A DNA stretch of 64,000 nucleotides, from positions 1,226 to 65,225 of the forward strand of contig JAUNDC010000009.1 in the NCBI GenBank assembly GCA_030526355.1, written 5' to 3'. Made by a program: the position numbers and the translations under genes. Origin of the DNA: Bacillota bacterium. GTDB lineage: Bacteria; Bacillota; Clostridia; Peptostreptococcales; Anaerovoracaceae. Each line of letters starts with the position of its first letter. Position 1 is the stretch's first letter. The notes under the pieces were generated by a model, which saw only the letters and a program-made list of their open reading frames with translations, searched no databases and was not told where the DNA came from. This document shows positions 1 to 7,868 of this stretch, piece after piece.

Positions 1-1
1 T

Positions 2-103
2 ACCATTAGCCCAAACAGAATTATCCGAAAACATAAGGAAGAGATATCTATATTTCCAAATGAGTTTTGGAGTGATGAACAGTTGTTGGAATTAATAGAA
101 TAA
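2..103 (+). CDS. C-terminal fragment of an unidentified protein (5' end outside window)
   Basis: The frame is open from the window edge to TAA 101-103 (..FPNEFWSDEQLLELIE*) and a hairpin terminator follows. No family recognised. Confidence 0.3.
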   Translation, partial: TISPNRIIRKHKEEISIFPNEFWSDEQLLELIE

Positions 104-126
104 ATGAAAATTACAACCCCTCTGCT

Positions 127-161
127 ATAACACCAGACTTTCGTCCGGTGTTATTATTTTT
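127..161 (+). terminator. Rho-independent terminator
   Basis: Stem AACACCAGAC (129-138) / GTCCGGTGTT (143-152) with one mismatch, a 4-nt loop and an ATTATTTTT tail. Confidence 0.6.
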
Positions 162-272
162 CACTAGAAACCAGACAACCATGTCCGGTATGAAAACACG
201 GCTTTTCTCGCTTTATGTCGTGTAAACAGGGTCGCTTTTAACTTAAGCTGTCAATCGAGGAGGTACACAAAA

Positions 273-821
273 TGGATCAGAAAAAAGCAGGTCTGTTTCT
301 GAAAACACTGCGCAAAGAAAAAAATATAACACAGGAAGTAATATGCCTGATATCAGCCTGCTGGTTGAACTGGCTGAATTCTATCAGGTCAGCATATCCG
401 AGATAATTGACGGAGAAAGGAAAAGTGAGCAAATGAATCAGGACGTAATAGACACTGCAGTTAAAATGGCAGAATACAGCAAAAATGAACTCAGTACACA
501 GAAGAAGAAAACAACAAGTGCACTTTGCATGATATTCGGTGCATTTATTAAACCCTTGGTGGAATCATATTAACAGTAGGCGTATATTTCAGAACAAAAG
601 CGGCACAAGTAAGGTGGAGCCGACAGGTATTGCGTGTTGCCGTATGCGTCATTGTGCTGGCTGGGATTTTTACGGTTTCGGATTACGTTGCGGAGCCGGA
701 GCACAGGAGTATACCGTTATAGTCCGGCACCAATTACATTCTGATTGACAACTTTGACGCAGCGGCATTGTACAGACTTAAAAAAAATGTTATTATTGGA
801 TTATCATTACGAAGTCCCTAA
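273..821 (+). pseudogene. Decayed XRE-family HTH, membrane-anchored regulator
   Basis: ATG 273 gives MDQKKAGLFLKTLRKEKNITQE (start of an XRE HTH) and then runs out of frame. ORF 343-573 resumes in another frame with MPDISLLVELAEFYQVSISEIIDGER, so the recognition helix is missing. The hydrophobic continuation (GGIILTVGVYF.., VLAGIFTVSDY..) is in a third frame from ~555 and carries an in-frame TAG at 720-722. Confidence 0.6.
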
Positions 822-876
822 TAACAGAATACATTTATAATTTTAATGTATCAGGCAGAGTCGTGCAGGAGCATAT

Positions 877-2070
877 ATGGATTACAGGATTATTTACTAT
901 ATTCAGATTAATATAATAAGCATTGTAGTTCTGTTATTGATTCTTTTCAGAGGAATACGATTCAACAGAGAATCTTCCATACAGACAAGAACCTTGCGTA
1001 TTCTTGTTATTGCGGCCTGCCTGCTGTGTGTCTCCGACATGCTCGCAGCTGTATTCAGAGGCAGGTCTTTTACCGGAGCCCCTTTATGTGTCGAGCTGAT
1101 AAACATGGCCTACCTGGCTCTGGGTGTATATATCAGCTACAAATGGATGATATATGTTCTTTATGAGCTCGGTGAGGTAAGCAGGAAGCGCGACGCTCTT
1201 TACATCGCTTACACCGTGCCTTTTGCATTGTTTATGATTCTTCTGCTGCTTAACCCGCCAACAGGGTTGCTGTTTGAAGTCACACAGGAAAACACCTATG
1301 TCAGAGGTCCATTAATAGCCGCACATGTTATCGTCTGCTTCATGTATCTTATCATTGCTGAAGCCAAAGTAATAGCAGCACTGCGCAAGGAGGACAGCAG
1401 ATTGCGGAGAACTGAGATAAAGCCCCTCCTTTATTTTGCCGTACCCGCACTGCTGGGAGGAATCATACAATCCTTGTGTTACGGTCTTACAATGTTCCAG
1501 ATTGGAATTACTGTTGCGATACTGCTGCTCTATGAAACAAAACAGACATCTGTAATCCATACCGATGCTCTGACAAAGCTGAATAATCGCAGAGCTTTGG
1601 ATGAATACATCGAAGGAATGACAAAAGGCAGCGAAGGCCGTGAGATGACATTCATCATGATAGATATCAACAAATTCAAAATGATAAATGACAATTGCGG
1701 TCACCTTATCGGAGATGAAGTACTCAAGGCGGTTTCCACAGTCCTGAAGAAAGCCTGCGGAGTAGTGGAATCCAGGTTGTTTATATGCAGATACGGCGGC
1801 GATGAGTTCCTTATAGCGGGGGCAGATTTGAACAATCGAGAAACAGCCACAGTAATAAGCACTATCGACGATAGCGTGAAAAAGCTGTCTGATGAATTTG
1901 ACATAGGGTTTGATTTCAGCGCCAGCATAGGAGAAGCTGCAAGGGTCTGCCGAAACTATGATGAGGCAATTGAGCTGATTTCCATTGCTGACAGCAGGAT
2001 GTATGATAACAAAAAACGAGAGTCCGACTCCAAAAAACGAGAGTCCGACTCGGTGGGTCAATGTCTATAG
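877..2070 (+). CDS. Membrane-bound diguanylate cyclase (GGDEF domain)
   Basis: The N-terminal ~220 aa is multi-TM. The C-terminal part carries NNRRALDEY, FIMIDINKFKMINDNCGH and RYGGDEFLIAG (GGDEF active site). The C-terminus has KKRESDS x2 from a 21-bp duplication. Confidence 0.85.
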   Translation: MDYRIIYYIQINIISIVVLLLILFRGIRFNRESSIQTRTLRILVIAACLLCVSDMLAAVFRGRSFTGAPLCVELINMAYLALGVYISYKWMIYVLYELGEVSRKRDALYIAYTVPFALFMILLLLNPPTGLLFEVTQENTYVRGPLIAAHVIVCFMYLIIAEAKVIAALRKEDSRLRRTEIKPLLYFAVPALLGGIIQSLCYGLTMFQIGITVAILLLYETKQTSVIHTDALTKLNNRRALDEYIEGMTKGSEGREMTFIMIDINKFKMINDNCGHLIGDEVLKAVSTVLKKACGVVESRLFICRYGGDEFLIAGADLNNRETATVISTIDDSVKKLSDEFDIGFDFSASIGEAARVCRNYDEAIELISIADSRMYDNKKRESDSKKRESDSVGQCL

Positions 2071-2460
2071 ACTGCCTTTAATAAGCTTACCGTGGTATTT
2101 GCTGATACCTCCGATATTTGTGATGTTTACATAACCGATTGCTTTTAATGCATCTGTAGCTTTCTTGCTTCTGGCACCGCTTTGACAGTATACAAACAGT
2201 GGTATGTTTTTATCTGTTATTTTTTCTGACGCTGTTTCAATACTCTGTAACGGTATATTCACACTGTTTTCAATATGCCCTGCTTCATATTCTTCTTTTG
2301 TCCGCACATCCAGCAGCACAGCATTTTCCGTATTCAAATATTTCTCCACACCTGTATTTGTATCCATATGGTTAAAAATATTAAATATACTCACAACAAC
2401 ATCGCCTTCCTTTCTACATTTCATAACTGATGATTCAGTTTCGGCATATCTTCTTTTCAT
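2065..2460 (-). CDS. Single-domain rhodanese (sulfurtransferase-like)
   Basis: LLDVRTKEEYEAGHIENSVNIPL plus the active-site loop YCQSGARS. The true start is probably internal (MDTNTG.. at 2367), because the first ~30 codons overlap a 39-bp-spaced direct repeat (2424-2486). Confidence 0.75.
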   Translation of the reverse strand: MKRRYAETESSVMKCRKEGDVVVSIFNIFNHMDTNTGVEKYLNTENAVLLDVRTKEEYEAGHIENSVNIPLQSIETASEKITDKNIPLFVYCQSGARSKKATDALKAIGYVNITNIGGISKYHGKLIKGSL

Positions 2461-2649
2461 AGCCGATGATTCAGTTACGACATATGACGATTATATCACA
2501 CCTTCACAGAATGCACCTCTTCTGATGTTTATATTATAACCGGATAGCCTTGAAACATCCTGGTTTCAAAATATCATCGGCAAATTGGTAATTGGGAAAC
2601 AGAAATGCCACCATCCCAAAAAAGCCTGACACGAAAATATCAACATTAT

Positions 2650-3651
2650 TTATCCAGCACAGCAAGTCTTTACCACTGGTCTGACATATTTCCAGAACTG
2701 CTTGCAGTCATGATAGAAATAAAACACTCTCCCAGGCGTCAGATCCAGCTGATATCCGCTGGCCGTATAATCAAATGATTTCATTGCTTCTTCAATTCGA
2801 GCCTCAACTGTTTGATTTTCGGTTTCGAAATCAAATGGCCCGTGTTCAAAAACAATGTACTCCCCTTCAGGAACATCCATTATCTGCATCTGCGGCGGTA
2901 CTTCACCATCATAATCTGCCGGCAGTCGAACACCATATGCTTCTGCCAGAGGGATTCCCCAGCTGCATATTCTGCCCGCCGGGTCATTGATAAAAGCCAT
3001 AAGCTGTCCACTTTCGCTGTTAGCTTCATCGCCTCCCCTGTCATCCAGTTTGCCGCTGATGCTATCCAGCAGACCGCAGATAGTCTCGCAGTCCTGGCCC
3101 GGAATAAGGCTCTGCTTCTGCCAGAAATCCCAGTAACCTATACTTTCATAATTTCTGATGTGCATAAACTTATGCGCCGGTATCGTCACAAAATAAGTCT
3201 TTACGTTTTCAATAGATTCTGCCATACCTGTACCTCCAATTCCTAATAAATAACAATCAAATGGTCTGAGGGCGGTTCGCAGCACAACAGGAACAGGGTT
3301 TCTGCGATACTCACTAGGTGTAATCCCATATGCTGACTTGAATGCACGCGTGAAAGCTTCGTGAGACGAAAATCCGTAATTCAGCGCAATATCCAGGATA
3401 CCAAAATCCGTATCGCGTATCTCCTTAAGCGCAAAAGCAAGCTTCCTGTATCTCAGATAATCCCTAAGCTGCATTCCCGAAATCTCCCTGAATTTTCTTG
3501 ATATATAAAATTCTGAATATCCCAGCTTCTGCGCCAGCCGATGCAGCGTAATCGCCTCATCACCGCAGCTCTTAATACAGCTGTCTATCTCATCAACAAT
3601 CAGCTGAATGTTCCTGTACCACTCGTACAATCTGCACACTCCTTTCCTCAT
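2650..3651 (-). CDS. AraC-family regulator with GyrI-like effector domain
   Basis: N-terminal double HTH (YISRKFREISGMQLRDYLRYRKL.., NYGFSSHEAFTRAFKSAYGITPSEYRRN). The C-terminal ~200 aa is effector-binding-like. Confidence 0.8.
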   Translation of the reverse strand: MRKGVCRLYEWYRNIQLIVDEIDSCIKSCGDEAITLHRLAQKLGYSEFYISRKFREISGMQLRDYLRYRKLAFALKEIRDTDFGILDIALNYGFSSHEAFTRAFKSAYGITPSEYRRNPVPVVLRTALRPFDCYLLGIGGTGMAESIENVKTYFVTIPAHKFMHIRNYESIGYWDFWQKQSLIPGQDCETICGLLDSISGKLDDRGGDEANSESGQLMAFINDPAGRICSWGIPLAEAYGVRLPADYDGEVPPQMQIMDVPEGEYIVFEHGPFDFETENQTVEARIEEAMKSFDYTASGYQLDLTPGRVFYFYHDCKQFWKYVRPVVKTCCAG

Positions 3652-3831
3652 GACTTGTCTTTATTATAACGAACCGAAAGGTTATTCACTTGATTTCACT
3701 TGCACACATATTATACTTCCTTATTCTATGGAATTGCCACCCTTAATAGATTGCCACCCTCAACTGTTTGCACATTGGCTCTTCCGACAGACCCAATTAT
3801 GGTGTATTATGTTATAGAAGCTATAACAAGG

Positions 3832-5583
3832 ATGGATAGAGCAATGAATTACAATTACAGATTACTTTCACAGGAACAGGTATTCGGGGAAAAGAGAATA
3901 GATTTAATCAGTGCAATCGGGACAGAATGCAGCGTATCGGATTTTGCAATCATTTCAGGAGCGGATGTCAGCGAAAACGGAACCGGCAGATGGTTCCTTT
4001 CCTCAGCTTCAGAGTACGGAGATGTCTGCACCGTCGATCAGAGCGGCAATCAGCGAATGGCATACGCAACAGCTCACGGCAATGTACGCCCGACAATTGA
4101 ATGCCCGGATATTTCCCAGCTGCCATGCAGAACAGTTAAAGACATATCCGGTTTCGAAGAAGCCGAATTAGGCGAATACCCCCAGAATGCAGCAGACAAA
4201 GCACTTTCGAGAACACTGGAACAGGAATATGCCAAAGGCAGACTTATAAAAACCGGCAAAAAATATAATGCACAGCACGAAGAATTCCAGCACGACGGAA
4301 GCAAATACATCAGAGTGCCTTTTACATTGGAAAATGCACACTATCTATCAGACGGACGTAACTGCAGTCAAGGGGATGTCGTATGGATTGAAGTATCACC
4401 TGTCAGATGGCTGCATGATGCAAAGGCAGGACTCCTTGTCAGCAGAACGATTCTCGCATCAGGTGTGCTCTTTACAAGCGAAAACTATTATGACGGAAAT
4501 TTCGAAAAAACAGCTATATATACTTATATGAACACAACCCTTGCACAAGACCTTATTCCAAGCACCCTTCACGAAATGACTTCTGAGGAAAAGGCGGCAT
4601 ATGAAGAGGATATGAAAAAAGCTGCAAGGAGAAGGAACCCTTATGGGCTGTCTTTTGGTGAGGTCAGTGAAGAGGATATTATAAGAGGAGCTATCGAAAG
4701 TGGTGTGGCCGTATTTCTGCACGGGCCTTCGTCAGAAGGAAAAAGCGCCAGAGTAAAGCAGATAGACCCGACATGTGAAATCATTTATCTGCGCAATGCC
4801 ACACCGGACAGTCTGAACGGCAGAAGTGTGTACAACCAGTCTACCGGAGAGATGATCGATATACCACCAACATGGTTTAAGAAGGTAAAGGCAAAGTGCG
4901 AGCAGGAACCTGACAGACTGCATGTGGTTTTCTTTGACGAAATCAACAACGCACTGCCGAGCATTCAGGGCATGGCCTTCAATATCGTGCTGGACAGAGA
5001 GGTTAACGGCATCTGGAAACTCCCTGACAACGCTAGAGTTGTCGCTGCTGGAAATGACATGCAGGATTCCTTGGCAGCTCATCAGCTGGCGGCACCGTTT
5101 TTTAACAGATTTGCTCATGTATATATCAATACAACAACAGAAAAATGGCTGAAATGGGCACGCGAGAACGATATACACCCAGCAATCTACGCATATATCG
5201 CATACAAAAGAGGCGAAACGCTTCGCAGTCCGTATGATGGGCAAAAGCCGAATGCCGACCCAAGAAAATGGGAAATGGCTTCAAAAATGCTCTATACAAC
5301 AGGACGTCCGGAAATGCTGCGTTCACTGATCGGCGAGGATATCACCGATGAATTCGTTCAGTTCTGCAATCAGCCTGTCATCACACTGGAGGATGTGCTT
5401 AACGGAAACTACTGTGATGAAGAATTAGAGAATCTTAATACCTCTGAGAGATATGCTACCACTGTAGGCTTGACACAGGCATCAGCTTCGGAGCTGGAGA
5501 CTGTGCGAAGCTTCGTGTCCAAGCTGGGTGAGGAATTCAGAGCAGTTTTTGATTCGTACGCACTGTCGGAGGAAAAGAAATGA
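3832..5583 (+). CDS. AAA+ ATPase (MoxR / AAA_5-like) with a ~290-aa N-terminal extension
   Basis: Walker A GPSSEGKS, Walker B VVFFDEIN and VVAAGN sensor region. The N-terminus has two beta-rich modules (GRWFLSSASEYGD..GNVRPTIE; VVWIEVSPVRWLHDAKAGLLVSRTIL). The ORF opens at 3700, but ATG 3832 or 3844 is the more plausible start. Confidence 0.75.
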   Translation: MDRAMNYNYRLLSQEQVFGEKRIDLISAIGTECSVSDFAIISGADVSENGTGRWFLSSASEYGDVCTVDQSGNQRMAYATAHGNVRPTIECPDISQLPCRTVKDISGFEEAELGEYPQNAADKALSRTLEQEYAKGRLIKTGKKYNAQHEEFQHDGSKYIRVPFTLENAHYLSDGRNCSQGDVVWIEVSPVRWLHDAKAGLLVSRTILASGVLFTSENYYDGNFEKTAIYTYMNTTLAQDLIPSTLHEMTSEEKAAYEEDMKKAARRRNPYGLSFGEVSEEDIIRGAIESGVAVFLHGPSSEGKSARVKQIDPTCEIIYLRNATPDSLNGRSVYNQSTGEMIDIPPTWFKKVKAKCEQEPDRLHVVFFDEINNALPSIQGMAFNIVLDREVNGIWKLPDNARVVAAGNDMQDSLAAHQLAAPFFNRFAHVYINTTTEKWLKWARENDIHPAIYAYIAYKRGETLRSPYDGQKPNADPRKWEMASKMLYTTGRPEMLRSLIGEDITDEFVQFCNQPVITLEDVLNGNYCDEELENLNTSERYATTVGLTQASASELETVRSFVSKLGEEFRAVFDSYALSEEKK

Positions 5584-6800
5584 TATATGATATCACAGCT
5601 TTAAAACGCAAGGTGATCGCTATATATCCATACTTCGGTAGCATCGCAGCCGGCGTCGAATATCTCGAAACTGAAGATACAGCAACAATAATGAATAACG
5701 GGACTGATATCTTTTATAATCCCCGGTATATGTCAGGCCTCTCTGCCGATGATCAGGTTTTTGTTCTGGCTCACGAGCTGTGTCATATCGCTTTCTCTCA
5801 TGCGTCAAGAGGCGCCGGCAAGGATCCTCAGATATGGCAGATGGCTGCCGATGCGGTAATCAACCAGATGCTCAAGCGTGATGGCCTTGATATCATTTCG
5901 GGCGGCATTAATTACCCTGAAGCTATCGATTATGATGCAGAGCAGTATTATGAAATTCTTCTCAAGGAAAAGCTGGACATAGAGCTGCTGTTCGGGCAGC
6001 TGGAAGGTCAGGAAAACCCTGTGGCTGGCGGAGGAAACGGCCAGCAGACACCGGAAGATGAAAATTCAGGTAACGAAGATGGCGACAATGATTCCGATGA
6101 GGATTCTGAAAATACTTCCGAAGACAACGACGAGGATGATGAAACTCTTCTTGAGCTGCTGCCGGAGCAAGAAGATAATTCTGATGACGATGATTCTGAT
6201 GACGACGAGCGTGCACTGATTGAGGTAAAGGAATCAAAGGCAGGAAATGCCGTCAACCGTGATACCAGAATCGTGGAGGAGATCGGCAGTGCCTCCCCTC
6301 TTATCGACTGGCGTCTTATTCTGCTGGACACAATCAATTACGGTGTGGACTGGTCATATACGAATGCAGTCCTGGAAAACGGTATCGTCAGGCCTGTTCT
6401 GGAGGAAATTCCTGTTCCCGAGACGGAAATCGTTCTGGATACCAGCTGGTCGGTAGATGAAGAACTCCTGAGAAATTTCCTGCGGGAATGCAAGAATATA
6501 TTGTCGTTCTCCAAATTAAAGGCGGGATGTTTCGATACTGTGTTCTATGGATTTCACGATATCAGAACCGAAAAAGATATTGAGGACATGCCTTTTCAGG
6601 GTGGCGGAGGAACGGACTTCAATGTGGCAGCAGAAGCCTTCACCCTTCGTGTCGACAATCGTATCATATTCACGGATGGGCAGGCTCCGATGCCTGACAA
6701 GTATCTGAAGGCAATCTGGGTAGTATATGGCGATGAGACGATAGAGCCTTTCGGAGGCACAGTAATTCATATCAGACCGGAGCAGCTTATGAGAAGCTAA
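5580..6800 (+). CDS. HExxH putative metallopeptidase + VWA-like protein (DUF2201-type partner of the AAA+ ATPase)
   Basis: ATGA overlap with the upstream stop. VLAHELCHIAFSH (HExxH), a ~70-aa D/E/S/N acidic linker, and a C-terminal VLDTSWSVD (MIDAS-like DxSxS). The family name is recalled from memory, not searched. Confidence 0.7.
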   Translation: MIYDITALKRKVIAIYPYFGSIAAGVEYLETEDTATIMNNGTDIFYNPRYMSGLSADDQVFVLAHELCHIAFSHASRGAGKDPQIWQMAADAVINQMLKRDGLDIISGGINYPEAIDYDAEQYYEILLKEKLDIELLFGQLEGQENPVAGGGNGQQTPEDENSGNEDGDNDSDEDSENTSEDNDEDDETLLELLPEQEDNSDDDDSDDDERALIEVKESKAGNAVNRDTRIVEEIGSASPLIDWRLILLDTINYGVDWSYTNAVLENGIVRPVLEEIPVPETEIVLDTSWSVDEELLRNFLRECKNILSFSKLKAGCFDTVFYGFHDIRTEKDIEDMPFQGGGGTDFNVAAEAFTLRVDNRIIFTDGQAPMPDKYLKAIWVVYGDETIEPFGGTVIHIRPEQLMRS

Positions 6801-6850
6801 ATACCTGTTTCCCATAAAGCTAATGGGAGGCTAAAATACTTGTTTCCCAT

Positions 6851-6898
6851 AAAAACGTGTAAATATTAGAGGTATTGAACTTTTTTTACACATTTTTT
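6851..6898 (+). terminator. Intrinsic terminator with a long loop
   Basis: AAAAACGTGTAAA (6851-6863) pairs with TTTACACATTTTT (~6885-6898) with one mismatch. The loop is ~20 nt and a T-tract follows. It lies 50 nt after the VWA gene stop. Confidence 0.5.
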
Positions 6899-7077
6899 GC
6901 GAGATATTGAATCTATCTGCATGCCTCTCAAGTGCTTTTTACATAAAAATCCACATTTGATTGCTTTGTTTGCTGTTAGCTCCCGATACATTTAAACTAA
7001 TTTGCTGTTGCGGGTGCTGAATGCCGTTCGAAATTCAGCACCCAATAAAATAATGTGTAAATAACAATCAAATTTCT

Positions 7078-7233
7078 TCAGATTTGCACAAAATGGAAAA
7101 CTATTCCATATTCCTCTTCTTTGAAAATGTACGCTCCCTGCTCATATTCAGCAGTTTTATCTGCTTCATCTATAGTCACATCTTTTATGGTTATCTTTTT
7201 AACCACAACATCATAATCATCTCTTATAATCAT
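7078..7233 (-). CDS. Small hypothetical protein, 51 aa (not in the ORF track)
   Basis: Hand translation gives MIIRDDYDVVVKKITIKDVTIDEADKTAEYEQGAYIFKEEEYGIVFHFVQI*. Its ATG (7233-7231) overlaps the TGA (7232-7230) of the upstream gene as ATGA. Confidence 0.4.
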   Translation of the reverse strand: MIIRDDYDVVVKKITIKDVTIDEADKTAEYEQGAYIFKEEEYGIVFHFVQI

Positions 7234-7865
7234 TTAAACAGTCTGGAATAATACGAGCCTGCCTGATAAAGCGCTGCTGCCGGGTTATGCCCCAGCACGC
7301 GATCCTTTGTTACCAAAGTGGTGCAAAGCGCATCCGAGTATTTATAAAACATGCTGTCATGGCCTACACACAGCCCGACAACAATATTGAGATCGGTCTT
7401 CTCCTCATTGAGGAGCTTTGCCTGCATTATAGGATTGCACATGTTGACTCCCACCTCGCAGCAACGCTCATCGATACCGACAGACGTCTTTGGCTGTGCG
7501 CCGATTTTACATGCCACCCCTACGACTTCAAAGCCCTTATGTCTGAATATCTTTGCTGCTGTACGAGCCTCTGAGATAAGTCCGACGCATGTAGCTATCC
7601 CAAGTTTTTTCGCTCCGATTTTTGATGCGAATTCTGCGATTTCTTCAACCCGTGTCATTTTACAATAATTTTCAGCTTCAACTTCAGCCGCCGCTTTCAT
7701 TACAGTGGAATTTGCCTCATCCTCTATATACAGCTTCACAGCGGTCTCCAGCAGCTCGGGCTTCAGCTTTGCTGTCAGGCAGAAATCCGGATACATCCCG
7801 TTTTTTCCATCGCAGGCTGTCACAGCACAGTCTATGCAGCTTCGTTCAGTTCTGTTGTCGTCCAT
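7230..7865 (-). CDS. Cys-rich metal-binding protein, DUF1847-like
   Basis: N-terminal CIDCAVTACDG..PDFCLT plus later C-rich motifs (ATCVGL, GVACK, CCEVGVNMCNP, GLCVGHD). The family is recalled from memory. The start lies 3 nt after the kinase stop. Confidence 0.55.
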   Translation of the reverse strand: MDDNRTERSCIDCAVTACDGKNGMYPDFCLTAKLKPELLETAVKLYIEDEANSTVMKAAAEVEAENYCKMTRVEEIAEFASKIGAKKLGIATCVGLISEARTAAKIFRHKGFEVVGVACKIGAQPKTSVGIDERCCEVGVNMCNPIMQAKLLNEEKTDLNIVVGLCVGHDSMFYKYSDALCTTLVTKDRVLGHNPAAALYQAGSYYSRLFK

Positions 7866-7868
7866 TTT

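Noticed and set aside
539-748. 69-aa ORF as an independent gene
   Set aside because: Another frame over the same DNA continues the hydrophobic part of the decayed XRE-family protein. The ORF itself looks like a frame artefact (Cys/Trp/Arg-rich).
5990-6240. Acidic low-complexity stretch and its antisense ORFs (5962-6237, 6008-6337) as separate features
   Set aside because: The stretch is in frame within the HExxH-VWA gene and links its two domains. The antisense ORFs are Ser-rich mirror images.
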